Made by a program: the position numbers and the translations under genes
Notes under the pieces: generated by a model
What the model saw: only the letters and a program-made list of their open reading frames with translations
Told to the model about the DNA's origin: nothing
The model's database searches: none
Part shown: positions 37,600 through 51,700 of the stretch, one piece after another
Position numbering within the stretch: position 1 is the first letter of the stretch
How the letters are laid out: each line of letters opens with the position of its first letter
Assembly (NCBI GenBank): GCA_051453625.1
Contig: JBOZIK010000001.1
Coordinates: 15,717,802 to 15,781,801, forward strand
Source: Welwitschia mirabilis
Taxonomy: Eukaryota
DNA length: 64,000 nt
Direction: 5' to 3'

Positions 37600-39420
37600 C
37601 TACATTATCATTATAATCATTACGATTACTAGTAGTGGAAGTTTGAATGGTGTAGAAAGAGGATGAAATAGGTGTTGGAGTGGGTCATTAATACACCTAC
37701 CTATGTAAGGATGTACATGGCCTTATGAGGCCTATTCCTTATATAAAAAGATGTCTAATAAGCAAGAGAAGTGTTAAATAAACTACCTATAGAAGTTAAG
37801 TGAAATAGAATCTAGATGATGGAGTAAAACTAAATGGCTAGGCATGAGTAGAAGGTGGTACTAGTAGTTGTAATAATAAGCAAGGTGGTGAAGGAGATAG
37901 TGATGATGAAGATGTCTAGGTAGGATGAAGGATAGGAAGACCACAATGAGGGTGAAAAAAGATGAGAGGCTCATAATTAGAATCATCTAAATCTACCTAA
38001 TGTTGTTGTACTAGAAGCTAGTTCTTCCCTTGAACTTATGATGTCCTCTCCTCTAACTAAGGATCAACTAAACCATTTGACTCCTCGGTGATACCTAAAT
38101 TAGAGATGGAGGCTCTTATGCCTTTAATTCCTTCTTAAAATCTAATCATATAGGAGTTCTTATATCCTTCCAATTATTGGCTAGTTCTTCCCCCTCACTA
38201 GCTATTTTTTTATGCTTTTTTAATTTCATTAAATTCTTTTCAATCTTTTCAATCATATTTTCTAAGGTATGAAGATCTTTCTTCAGTGAGGAAGGGAAAT
38301 GACACCCTATAAATTTTGATAATTAAAATGGTCTCTTAGGAATCTTTCTAATTGCCTTGACTAAACTAAAGCATGTCTCTTCTTATTAAACTTTAAGAGT
38401 GGTGTTTTTGGCCATATTAAATTCACCTGAGAAATTGAGATATTAATGTTGCTAATAATAAAATGAATTACACATTGATGATTTAAAGTTGGTCCTTAAT
38501 GAAATAATGTACTAATATTCATACACAGCATAAAACCAAGGTTAATATTAAAACTTGTGAATAAATAGTATATCATAAATTTGTAAATAAATTATAATAA
38601 CTATAACTGCTTTTTTTCCTAGAGCATTATAAAATAAAATTAAACTAAGAATATAAGAATCAAATATAATACCCTTGCACTCAACATTTTCATAAAAAAC
38701 CCATTTTATAATTGTTAAAAATGATTATACTTGAGTTACAGTCAAACTCTCTACCTATTCTATTTTTAAAAATATCTTAAAATGAATGCATAAATGGTTG
38801 AGATACATTCGAAGCATTAATTCCAAGTAAGATATTAATAATACTAAGTGATAAAAACAAAGAAGTACATCTAACTTAATCTTAAAGATATCAGTAAAGT
38901 CATATATATTATGGATGTTCGTGTGAGACTCATGCACTTTTGGATGTAGTATGCTTTGCTCAAGATGAATAATAATTTTCCATCTAGAAAAAGAAAAATA
39001 TGATGGTATCTAATCCTTCCTTTGCTTTTGAAATCAAGATTTCTTTTTATAATGATAGAATTTTTTTATCAAATATTTGAATCTTTTCTTTGGTAAATCA
39101 TTGTAAAAATAAGGCTTATACTAAGGTATTGCCTAATTCATGAGTAGGATCCTTACCTATGGTTAAGCCCAAGGCCTTTATTTTCATCATTATTAAGTAA
39201 TATAATAAGAATAAACAAAAAACCCTTAAGAAAATCTGATAGAAATACCCAAAAAAATTTACTTATAAAGAATATCCACATATTCTTGCCTACTATGAAG
39301 ACTTCTTCCATAACAAAGATGTCTATAGAAAGAAATCTAAGAAAAAGAGAGCTTATGAGCATATTCACAGAAATACCTACTTGGTAAAGGAGTGAAAATG
39401 AAATTTTTTAGTTTCTCTCA
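37600..39420 (-). pseudogene. env-like extra ORF region of family B element (heavily decayed)
   Basis: About 2 kb of coding-like sequence between RNase H and the PPT, with weak motif relics (..LFYNA ~38620-38655; IP*ETILIIKI ~38310-38345) and a Pro/Ser-rich tail. Boundaries are approximate. Confidence 0.5.
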
Positions 39421-39989
39421 CATTTAAAAGGAGCACTAGACCATAGCTTTTATTCATTTTTCAATTTTGGATTTATAGTATTAAAGACATCTATCCCTTG
39501 AAAGATGTCTAAAATGATAAAAATAGACATTTATGCCATAAAAGATGTTTATTTGTTAAAAATTTAAAGTTTTACTTAGAGATGGAAAAGACATTTACTA
39601 TCTCAAAGATGTTTAAAATGAAAAAATATCAAACATTTTTCTTGATAGCTAAAAGTCAAAGACATTTGCACCCTAAGATACATCTTTGTCATAGATGTTT
39701 GCATAGTAAATGACATATTTCCATTAAACATCTACATATTTAAAGATGTTTATCTTACATTCCTGAAAACTTCCAAATTTGTTATTACTGATTCATTATT
39801 AGAAAATTTTAACTTAGAAGTAATAAGATTGAAAGAAGTAAGATAATTTTATTTAAATAGAATACACAAGAAAATATTTAAGTATCTGTTATTATTATCT
39901 TAACTAAAAAAAATCATAAGTAAAGTGTTGTGTTAAGATTATAGAGAGACTTCTTGTTAACTTATCTAATTGGATAAGGCCCAAACCCC

Positions 39990-42900
39990 ATGTTCTCATA
40001 GAGACTGAAGAGCTTTTCTTCACTTAATTGCTTACTGAACACATTTGCTAGATAATCCTCCATCGTAATATATTCTAGTCTGATGTCTCTATTTTGAATA
40101 TTTTCTTGAAGGAAATGATGTTGGATATCAATGTTTTCTATCCTATAGTATTGAATAGAATTATTTAATATACTAATTGCACTCTTATTATCATAATAGA
40201 TTCAAATGTTCTCCATTATGAGTTTAAAATCCTTCAAGTTTACTTCATCTAAAGCACTTGTGTACAATAACTTTCAATAGTAATGTACCAAGATTTAGCA
40301 GTTGACAAAGTAGTTGAATTTTATTTCTTATTACTCCATGAGATCACCCATTATCCCAAGAGATAGCAATTTCCACTTGTGCTTCTTCTATCATCCCTGT
40401 AACATGCCTAATTTACATCATAATATCTAAATAGATCAAGGTAGGAGCCCTTTGAGTAATAAAAGCTCCAATTAATAGTACCTTTTAAATAAAAAATTAT
40501 TATTTTAAAAATAGTTAAATGTGAATATATAGTATTATTTTAATAATAAGTACAAATCCCTATACTTAATAAAATATCTATTCTATGAGTAGTCAAGTAA
40601 AGTAGACTACCAATTATACCTCTATGTAGCTTTTAATCAGCCTTGTTACAATATTTACCTTTATCCAATTTTGTGCATTGGATCATAAGTATATATTTTG
40701 GCTTAAAATCCTACAACCCATATTTGACTAATAAATTCTTAATATACTTAATTTAATAAATTAATATACCTTATTTGTATTACACAACTTGTAAACCCAA
40801 GAAATTTCTTAGTTCTCTCATGAGGCTTATTTCAAATTCATCATGCATGATCTTGACAAATTTCTTGCATAATAATTAATTACTAGTATCAAATATAATT
40901 TTGTATACATAAATTTGCATAATAGTAAAGTCTTTACCATTTATTTTTATAAAGAATATGATATCAGATGTACCTCTTTGAATCCATTTTCCATGAGGTA
41001 TTCTAAAAGCCTTTCACACCATGCTTTAGGAGCTTACTTAAGTCCATACAGAGTCTTTTGTATGCTATAAACGTAATTTAAGTTATAAGAATTACTAAAA
41101 CCTTTAGATTTCTTAACATACACCTCTTCTTATGGTACTTCATTCAAAAAGGCATTCTTGAAATCCATTTGGTAGAGTTTGAAATCCTTGGTACATGTAA
41201 AATCTAAAAGAATCCTAATTAATTTCATTTGTGCTACTGATATAAAGGTCTATTTGAAATTAGTCCCTTCTTATTGGTTGTATCCTTTTACTACCCACCT
41301 TTCCTTGTTTCTTATAATATTTTCATTCTTATGTATCTTATTCCTGAAAACCCATTTTTTTTCTATTATTGGTCTATCTAATGGTCTTATAATAAGGTTT
41401 TAAAGATTACATCTTTTAAACTAGTCCAGATCTTCCTGCATAGCTATCATTCAATGTTCATCATCTCCTTCCTCATTGAAGTTCTTAAGTTCCACTAAAG
41501 AAATGTAGGCTCTAAATCCACAAAACTTTTTAGTATGACTTCTTGTTTTCACACTATCATAAAGACTACCAATTATATTACTAGTTAAGTAACTCCTTTT
41601 TAGCTTGATCATTTATAAGGATATCTATTTTTTAAGATATTCTTCCTTCTTTTCTTTATTAACTAATTGTATAGGTGGGTTGTTAGTGGTGTGTTCTATT
41701 TATAAGGATAAATATGCATCCTACATACAAATAGATGTTTAGTTAGTATCATCAATTTTAACATTTATAGTTTTCTCTACCTCTTATGTTCTCTAATTGA
41801 ACACTTAGTATACTTTACTATCCATTGAAGATCTAAGAAAAATACCTTCATCAATTTGGAAATTAAAATTTCTAAGATAATATTTTTATCTAAGATAAAA
41901 CATTTTATACCAAACACATTAAAGTAACTTATTATAGGTTTAGTACTAGACTAAAGCTCATATGGAGTTTTAGTTATAAAACATCTTATTAGAGCTCTAT
42001 TAGAAATGTTTAGAGTAGTGTTAATAGCGTCTACCTAGAAATGATAAGAAATCCCTTGGTCTTGCATCATTGTTTTATCCATCTTATCTAAAATCTAATT
42101 TTTCTTTTGTCTACTCCATTTTTTTATGGTGTTCTTAGAGCTAAGAATTAGTGATGAATGTCAAATTACTCACAAAAGTTCCTAAACCTTGTATTCTTGA
42201 ATTTTTATACTATTGTTACTCCTTATAGTTTTGATCTTGTATCCTCTCTATTTATGTAATCTGATATACAACTTAGAAAATATGTTAAAGGTCTTACCCT
42301 TATGTGTAAGGAAGGCCATCCATATAAAATAATGAAAATCAACTATAATTAAATAATACCTTTTCTTACTAAGAATTTTAGTAGGAGATGGACAATAATA
42401 TCAAGATATAAAATTCCAAAGAAAATGTAATAGAGATGGAATTTTTTTCCAACCAAACCTTATCCTTATTTGCATCCCTTGTGATAAGCTTTACAAAAGT
42501 AGTCATCAAAATTTTGTAATTTAAGAAGTCCTCTTACCATGTATTTTGAGGAGAGAATCTTAAGTAGGTCCTCGGTCACATGTCCAACCTTTCTATGCTA
42601 CATATTTGCATTACCTGTAGTAGTTAATAAATACTTAAAAGCTTTGTTAGAAATGTCTTACAAAGTAGTAACATACATATTTAATTTTATAAGACTAGCA
42701 AATAGAACCTTATTTGATTGAAATGCTTTTATAACATAATCATCTTTGATAAAAGTTATGGAAAAATTTGCATTACATAATTAGATAATACTAAGCAAGT
42801 TAGATTACAAACCTTCAACATAAAATGCATCTTTTACCTTAGGTAGATTAACTCCACTAATAGCTTTAATACCTATGATAAGTGTTTTTGTGTTATCACT

Positions 42901-45770
42901 AAAAATAACCACATTTTATCTTACTTAACTAAGGAAGTGAAAATGGATTTATCACTTGTCATATATCTAGAGCATCTATTATTAATAGACTAATCATGTA
43001 TCTTTATAGCTTGAAATGCAACTTATTCTAAGAGAGCTATTCTTGATTTTAGGATTTGCATCNNNNNNNNNNNNNNNNNNNNNNNNNNNNNNNNNNNNNN
43101 NNNTGGCATCTTGGCATTGTTAACATACTATATTATACCAAACTTGTATGGATAATTAAATTTATAGTGACCACATTTATAATAGTAATAATAAGTAATG
43201 TTTTTAAAGAAAGTTTAATGCTCATACTTTATCTTATAGTTTCAGCTATTAAAAAGTGACATTGATATGCATATGAAAGCTTCATTGTATCTTAGGCTAC
43301 TTCTGTCATTGACACTTTTACATTGCCCAAGCATGATCTTTAATGTCTTATTTCTTTTGGGTAAATTTCTTATTAGTCTTCTTTCCATCTATAATTTCAT
43401 GTCTAATATTCTTAAATTCATATATTAGTTTGTTAATCTCAGCCCTAAGTATTGATTTTTCATTTTTAAATTTATTTGATGATTTCTTTTCTTACTCATA
43501 AGATAATTCATGATTGGGAACTAATTTCTTCATCTTAGAACATACTTTTTTTAGCTTAATAATTTCTTTATAAATTAGATCATACCTTTCTTAAATTATC
43601 ATATCTATTTTGTCTTTACTTTCTAAATCTTACTCATTATTTTCCTTTTTCTTATCACTTTAGGTATGAATGATGGCTATATAAGATAGGTGAGCTATCT
43701 CATCATCTGAAGTATCTACTTTTATGGCATTGTCATCTTTATTATAATCTATAAAGAATGAATTTTTTCCTTTCCTTTTTCTGTTGTTTTTTCTCATCTA
43801 ATACTTTAGAGCTAGAACTTTTTGAGGCTAAATGTTCGTATTCTCCATAAATCCCATATTCTAATATGGAAATATCATTCTTAAAAGAAGAATTAGAACT
43901 AAAAATAACTTACCTTTTGCTTGAATTCTAATGACTTCCTATAATCATTCTTTCTATTGTTCCTTCGGGAGAGGAGTCTCTTTATACACCTTGTGCTTAG
44001 AGAAATTCCTTCATCTACATCATCTTTTGAATCATCTACTTCTGAAACTTCTTTTAACTTTAATTTAAAAGTTTATCTTAAGCTTTTAATTATCTTAAGA
44101 GAAATGGATTTCTCTTTTACAATACTATCTTGAATGAAGTTCATTTCATGATCTATCAAAGAACTTTATAGTTCTTCAATCTTCATGTATTAAAATCTAT
44201 TACTTCTTTCATTATAGTTGTCTTTGGTCTATATTATAAAGTCAAGAATTTTAACACTTTCTAAATCATCTTAGCATTTAAAAGATCTTAACTAATTTTA
44301 CAAATGGCATTTACAATGTTGATAACTCTTGTAAAATATTTGTATACTCTTTCTTTATTATTAATTTTAATATTCTCAGACTAATTTGTTGAAATAAAAA
44401 GTTTTGATTATTTGACAATTGAGGTTTTTTCATATGTACCTTTTAAGACATCTCATATCTCTTTGATAGTTTTTCATTTGACTATTTTATTAAAATCTTC
44501 CATAATAAGGACTAAACATAGTAAATTCTTTGCTTTGAATCATACATGAAGACTACCTTATTTTGGTCTTACCATTTTCACCTAAGCTTGACCTATACGA
44601 GGGTGTTTTACATAGCATTTATAAAGTTTTTTATTGGCTCTATGTATCCATGTTTAATATTTTTCCAAATCTAAAACTCAAAATTCTATAAGTAAACCTA
44701 CATCCTAATCTTCTAATAGGCATAGTTTGATCATTGAAGAGTGGAGGTTTAACAAATGAAATCCTTTTCATAGTTCACTGAAGAATGTTACTCTTTCTTA
44801 TGAGTATCCACTTTAATACCCCTTAAGGATCATTAAACTTAGAGGAAAGGGGTGAATGAGCTTTACTAAATAAAAAATTTAAATAACTAGTAGAACAAAA
44901 TCATAAGGAAAAAAATCTTGTTAATCTGTGTGGTTCCCTAGCCNNNNNNNNNNNNNNNNNNNNNNNNNNNNNNNNNNNNNNNNNNNNNNNNNNNNNNNNN
45001 NNNNNNNNNNNNNNNNNNNNNNNNNNNNNNNNNNNNNNNNNNNTTCTTTTAACTTTACTTTAAAAGTTTATCTTAAGCTTTTAATTATCTTGAGAGAAAT
45101 GGGTTTCTCTTTTACAATACTATCTTGGATGAAGTTCATTTCATGATCTATCAAAGAACTTTATAGTTCTTCAATCTTCATGGTATTAAAATCTCTTAAT
45201 TCTTTCATTATACTTGTCTTTGGTTTATATTATAAAGTTAAGAATTTTAACACTTTCTAAATCACCTTAGCATCTAAAATATCTTAACTAATTTTACAAA
45301 TGGCATTTACAATGTTGTTAACTCTTGTAAAATATTTGTATACTCTTTCTTCATTATTAATTTTAATATTCTCAGACTAATTTGTTAAAATAAAGAGTTT
45401 TGATTATTTGACAATTGAGGTTTTTTCATATGTATCTTTTAAGACATTTCATATCTCTTTGATAGTTTTTAATTTAACTATTTTATTAAAATCTTCCATA
45501 GTAAGGACTAAACATAGTAAATTATTTGCTTTGAATCATACATGAAGACTACCTTATTTTAGTCTTACCATTTTCACCTAAGCTTGACCTATATGAGGGT
45601 GTTTTACATAGAATTTATAAAGGTTTTTATTGGCTCTATGTATCCATGTTTAATATTTTTCCAAACCTAAAACTCAAAATACTATAAGTAAACCTACATC
45701 CTAATCTTCTAATAAGCATAGTTTGATCATTAAAGAGTGGAGGTCTGACAAATAAAATCCTTTTTATAGT
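39990..45770 (-). pseudogene. copia gag-pol pseudogene (family B)
   Basis: Minus strand: gag (44-45.8 kb, partly duplicated across a gap); protease ..INNRCSRYMTSDKS (~42990-42945); integrase (~42600-41800); RT LYQMDFKNAFLNE (~41178-41140) and IGSLLYLT (~40612-40590); RNase H YYDNKSAISI..IDIQHHFLQE (~40198-40105). Confidence 0.9.
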
Positions 45771-45806
45771 TCACTGAAGAATGTTACTCTTTCTTATGCG
45801 TATCCA

Positions 45807-45817
45807 CTTTAATACCC
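45807..45817 (-). promoter_or_regulatory. Degenerate PBS of family B element
   Basis: Minus strand GGGTATTAAAG (cf. TGGTATCAGAG) at the LTR/gag junction; same context as 21551 and 44811. Confidence 0.7.
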
Positions 45818-45818
45818 C

Positions 45819-47568
45819 TTAAGGATCATTAAACTTAGAGGAAAGGGGTGAATGAGTTTTACCAAATAAAAAATTTAACTAACTAGTAGAACAAAATCAT
45901 AAGGAAAAAAATCTTGTTAATCTGTGTGGTTCTCCAACCTGGGTATGTTAACACATAGAAGGTAGCTTTCCTTCATACCTTTAAATATCCTTAACCTAAA
46001 AAATAATGCTTTAGGAGCACCACTAATCTTACAACCAAATAACTACTCTTTTTAAGATATTAAGATATCACTCTCTTCCCCTTTGGTATCCTAATAAATC
46101 AAAGTCCAAAAGTGATCTTAAGCACTCGACCATTCACAAGAAGCACACTAATGCAAGAGTTTCCTTAAACTTTGGAATTCGCAAGTAAGGTGTCCTAGAT
46201 AGAGAATAACAAGGATTTTCAACTTTGAAATAAATGATTTAAAAAATTTAATAGTCTAATAGAGAATTATAAAAAACTAGAATGGGGAAGGAAAAGTCTA
46301 AAATAATGTGTCTCTAAGTGTTGTTTCTTAAGCTCATCTTTAATGTAATCACTCACATAAATCAAATATCAGAGTAGAAGTAGTGGATGTGAAAGGAATG
46401 TAGAGGTTTAATGGTATAAATAAAAAATATAAGGTCCAAATCATATCACATTAAATTTAATCTCTTTTTTTTCAAATTTCTCAAACATATATATTATAGT
46501 ATAAGTAATAATAGAAGATCAAATCCATAAAGGATGGATCCAAGTTTAAGAAAATAGTTAATAATTATAACAAACACAAAGCAGATGGGCATACCCACTA
46601 TGTTATTTATTATAACAAACAAATNNNNNNNNNNNNNNNNNNNNNNNNNNNNNNNNNNNNNNNNNNNNNNNNNNNNNNNNNNNNNNNNNNNNNNNNNNNN
46701 NNNNNNNNNNNNNNNNNNNNNNNNATTGAGTTCCTCTTTAATGTAATTAATTGCATAGATCAAATATTAGATTAGTCATAGTGGATGAGCATAAAATTCA
46801 CAGATGTCTTTAGTGTAAATGAATATTTATCAAGTTTAAGATATTTCATCCTATGTAATTTCAAAAATGATTTTGCTAAAAGTTCTTTAAATCTCTTTCT
46901 TTGTGGCTTTTATACTTCTAAGGTAATCTAATCTATTACCCTAAGGAGATAACCATTTAAAGTAGATTGAATGCTATCTAATAACTATAAATGGTTAATT
47001 CTGATATCCAATTGCTATTTTTATTTTATGTCATTTTTTGGAATAAACTTCTTCAATCTCATAGGTGTCTTTAAGATAGAGGTCTTTAATATTGACAAAC
47101 ATCTTCTAGGTAGACATCATTAACATGATAAACATCTTTAGTAAACTTTTTCATATTTCAGTGAGCTTTGAACTACTATTTCTCTAAACATCTTATATCA
47201 TGAATTCATTATGAAAAACTTTCCTACATTCCTAAAAAATTAATAAACCGTTATTTTCATCTTACTTAGAACAAACTATTACCTATCACCTATTTCAATT
47301 TAGCATAGATATTTTCCTATGATAAACATCTTTCCTTCTAATTGAAATCTACTTTTAGTATAGAATTCTTCAAACTTATAGATATTTTTCCTTCTAATTT
47401 AGTCTTATTTTTGGTATAGATGTCTTTAAACTTATAGATATGTTTATCATAGATGTCTTTAATACTATAGATTTCTATGGTTAATCTTATTCATCCTTGA
47501 TTAATCTCTTGAGAATATCTTACATTTTGCCTTAGAAACTAATTTTTGCTAAGATTTTTGCTTACATT
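45819..47568 (-). repeat. 5' LTR of family B element (outer ~100 bp missing)
   Basis: Homologous to 21564-23540 plus 36765-36982. Homology stops at ~47568, before the true LTR start. Confidence 0.85.
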
Positions 47569-47599
47569 AGGAAAGATAAATGAAGGAGGAGGGGTAATC

Positions 47600-48250
47600 A
47601 TATACAATAATAATCCCATGAAAAAGAGGCAAGATGGTTTAGCTTATGTCTATTTAGCCAAGAGATGAACCATTAGAAAATGAAAATAGGACTTTTATGG
47701 GGTAAAATATAATAAGATAGGTTTAACCCTATAATGTTAAGGATTTTACATAGAAAAATTATATATTAAATAAAGAATAGAAATGGAAGAAGTAGTTAGT
47801 CAGAGAACTAATACTAGTGTATACATGGCATGACAAGAGATTAAGAGCTTGGAAAAGTTATAAATAGAAAAAGGTATTATACAAAAACGTATGTAGGCGG
47901 ACATTTATTAGAATAATTGAATTAATTAGATGTATTAGAATTGGATTGAAAAAGTTGAGAAATACTAAAATATAATTTCCAATTATTTTAGTTAGTGGAT
48001 ATGGAGGGTTTAGAAGGGTTATAAAGAAAAACATACCCATATAAGTTGAAATATAGATTAAATGAATAGTACGCAGTAATAATATGGCTTACATGTTGTT
48101 AGTCATTTGCAAATACTTTATTTACAAATTACATATGAATAAAATTTATGTGACTTAGGAAATGCCTTAAATTATATTTTAAGGGTAAAAATATATAAAT
48201 TTATATAGGAAGTATAAAATACATAATGTAGATGGAACAAAGATAATCAA
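47600..48250 (+). pseudogene. Possible Mutator-like (MULE) transposase relic
   Basis: Weak motifs NNP..DGLAYVYLAKR*TIRK* (~47605-47685) and IILVSGYGGFRRVIKKTYP (~47982-48039; cf. .IVSDRH.GI..A...VFP). Confidence 0.25.
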
Positions 48251-48344
48251 TAGGTTATGATTAAAATAAATGGTAAAGTTTAAGCATTAAAGAGGAAAAA
48301 TAATAGTAAACAATGGTAGGTTATAAAAAAGTACCATTTTTATT

Positions 48345-48720
48345 ATTAAGCTATCAAGGATTAGTAACTTTTGAATTCATCAATACTCATATGATAAATG
48401 ATATTTTATCATCATACCCAAATCATTACACTTGATGATCTGAAGTTTGTATTAGGATAGTGTAGCATATGATTGAGTTAGGAATTGATGAAGAATGAAT
48501 CAGGTGAATACTTAAATCTTGCTCATTTCTTGTTTATCCTATGAAGTTTCAATTCAAATTCTAAACTCTCTTTTTTTCCTTTCTTATTTTTATTATAACT
48601 TGCATAGCAAGAGAAGGTGTAAACTTTTAAAAATAACTATCCTAGTTATCACTATGAAAAGAAGATAGTAAGTATAAAGCTAGCTAAATCTAGTTCACTA
48701 TAAAACCTGAATAGATTTTT
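48345..48720 (+). repeat. 3' part of an older Athila-like LTR
   Basis: Diverged colinear match to 49810-50130 (aaggattagtaacttt..aatactcatatg..atgaagtttcaat). Confidence 0.7.
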
Positions 48721-48721
48721 A

Positions 48722-51700
48722 TGTTAAAATGTAAAAATTGACATTTATATCAAGTATTTCAAGCTGATTTATTATAAATGAAGATATTAATTTAATTATT
48801 TAAACTATAAAATATGTCTCCTATTATTTTTTAAATAAAACCTAATTTTATACTTTTTTTTATAGTAATTATAGCTATTTAGCTATATTTTAGAATACAT
48901 GGTGGAAGATGAAAACAATTTCTGCATAAAATAATAGTGGCAATGGAGACATGAGATGGTGACAGGAGTAACATTGGAAGACATGTGAAAAAGACATGTG
49001 AAGATGGCATTGGAGACATGTGGTGATAGCACTAGTTGGTAGAGGAATCCAGCTCTAAAGGCCATATGTTAGACTCATCATGATAAAGATTCCACCTAAT
49101 GTTATGTGGCAATCTCCATAAATGCTACAAAACTACCTCCACTAAATGCTAANNNNNNNNNNNNNNNNNNNNNNNNNNNNNNNNNNNNNNNNNNNNNNNN
49201 NNNNNNNNNNNNNNNNNNNNNNNNNNNNNNNNNNNNNNNNNNNNNNNNNNNNTACAAAACTACCTTCACTAAATGCTAAATGACAAAGATTCTACCTAAT
49301 GCTAGAGGACAGAATCTTATCTATCTAATGCTATGAGATAACATTCATTAAATTCTATAGGGTAGAATCTTATCTACCAAATGTTAAATGCAAATGATTA
49401 TTGCTAATGCTACAAGCCAAAAGCTCTCAACCACCTTAATCTTACCCTCACTTATAAAAGGTCCTTGAATCCTTATTAATTTTGGGCACATCATAGAATC
49501 TTTTGAGCATTAATTTTGATGGCCGTTTGAGTTATTCTTTGAGAGTAAGCCTACTTTCAAAAATACATTAAGGAGTACTTTTAGCTTCCTTCCATCTCTG
49601 ATGTAATGTTTCTTTCTTTAATTAAATACTAAAGAGTTGCTTTCTTTTGATTATTAGTCATAGTTTATTTTGTACTAGAAATGCTTAAGTAATAATGTAC
49701 TATGAAGTTTTACTTGGCTAACTAATTGAATTTGATTAGTTAATTAGTTTAAGTCTTAGTAACTTAATAAACCTTATATATAATAAGTTCATGCTTTTCA
49801 TTTTTATTACAAAGTTATGAAGGATTAGTAACTTTCAAATTCACTAATACTCATATGTTGAATGAGATTATATTACTATGATCTAAGCCTTCATACTTTA
49901 TAGTATGAATTTTATTTCAAAATAGTGCAACATATGCTGAAGTGAGGAATTTTTGAAGGACAAATTAGGTAAATACTTGAAGCTTACTTACTCCTCATTT
50001 TTTTAAATGAAGTTTCAATCCAAAATTCTCATCTTCCTATTTTTTCTTGTCTATAATTTATAACTTGTAATTAATTAAGAGTTTTTATGTAATTTCTTTT
50101 TAGCTAACCCTAATTATCCCTACCTAATTTTAAATCATGTTCATATACTAAAATGAGCAAGATTTTGGTGTTATTAAGAAGAATGGGATGATAGTTATTT
50201 AGAAAGAGCACAAATCTTTCTTTCTCATAATTTTTTAGTTAGTTTTTATTTTTCTAGTGGTGGTTACTAATCCTATTTAGTGATACTCAAACTCATTCAG
50301 TTTTTCTTTTTTTTGTGTACTTGTTTATCTTTCTTTCTAGTGGTCAATATTGGTCATTTTTAATGATACTCAAGCTAGTCCTTTCTTAGTTTTCTTTAGT
50401 TTTTTCCCCTCAAACTTAATTTGTGTTGTAGGACTAATAGTGTTTTAATATGTTGCAACCAAGAAGTGAAAGAACTAAAATTTAATTTACTTTGTATGAC
50501 TTTTATTTGCTATATTTTTAATTTTGGTTTTAATTTTTTATGTAAGCTCACTATTATAAAAAACTATAAAAAAATCTTTAAATAAATTTATCATTTAGTT
50601 TTTATTAAGAGTGGTTTCATGTGTGTAACTATTTTTATTAAATTTTTTTAAGACCTTATAACTTGAAAGCGTTTGCATAGTCACACTAGTGATACCTTTA
50701 TTTTTTTGTAATAGTTCAAAACAGACTATAGCCATTGTGAATAGTAACCAGCATCATTGGCTTTTTTGCAAGTTTTGCACTCAAACTTTATGTATAACCT
50801 TTATTTAATCTCTTGAATACTTTATAATATCAAACCTCTTTTNNNNNNNNNNNNNNNNNNNNNNNNNNNNNNNNNNNNNNNNNNNNNNNNNNNNNNNNNN
50901 NNNNNNNNNNNNNNNNNNNNNNNNNNNNNNNNNNNNNNNNNNNNNNNNNNNNNNNNNNNNNNNNNNNNNNNNNNNNNNNNNNNNNNNNNNNNNNNNNNNN
51001 NNNNNNNNNNNNNNNNNNNNNNNNNNNNNNNNNNNNNNNNNNNNNNNNNNNNNNNNNNNNNNNNNNNNNNNNNNNNNNNNNNNNNNNNNNNNNNNNNNNN
51101 NNNNNNNNNNNNNNNNNNNNNNNNNNNNNNNNNNNNNNNNNNNNNNNNNNNNNNNNNNNNNNNNNNNNNNNNNNNNNNNNNNNNNNNNNNNNNNNNNNNN
51201 NNNNNNNNNNNNNNNNNNNNNNNNNNNNNNNNNNNNNNNNNNNNNNNNNNNNNNNNNNNNNNNNNNNNNNNNNNNNNNNNNNNNNNNNNNNNNNNNNNNN
51301 NNNNNNNNNNNNNNNNNNNNNNNNNNNNNNNNNNNNNNNNNNNNNNNNNNNNNNNNNNNNNNNNNNNNNAACCTTTATTTAATCTCTTGAATACTTTCTA
51401 ATATCAGACCTCTTTTAAAATCTTAAAAATTATGAAAACATGATCCTATAATGAATTTCATATATTATTTTCTAAAACTTGATATGGGTTGAAAACATGA
51501 TCCTTTTGGGAGATTATAAGAAACACCTTATAAACCTCACTATACCTATGGAATCTATGAAAATTCCTATGACATACTTAATCATATTTAACCTAAAATT
51601 CCAGAAGATTACATTCATTCCAAGCAAAACTTAGGGGACTAGACTACCTTCACTATAATTACAACAATCCTTCATTCTTCCTTTCATATTCATTTAACCA

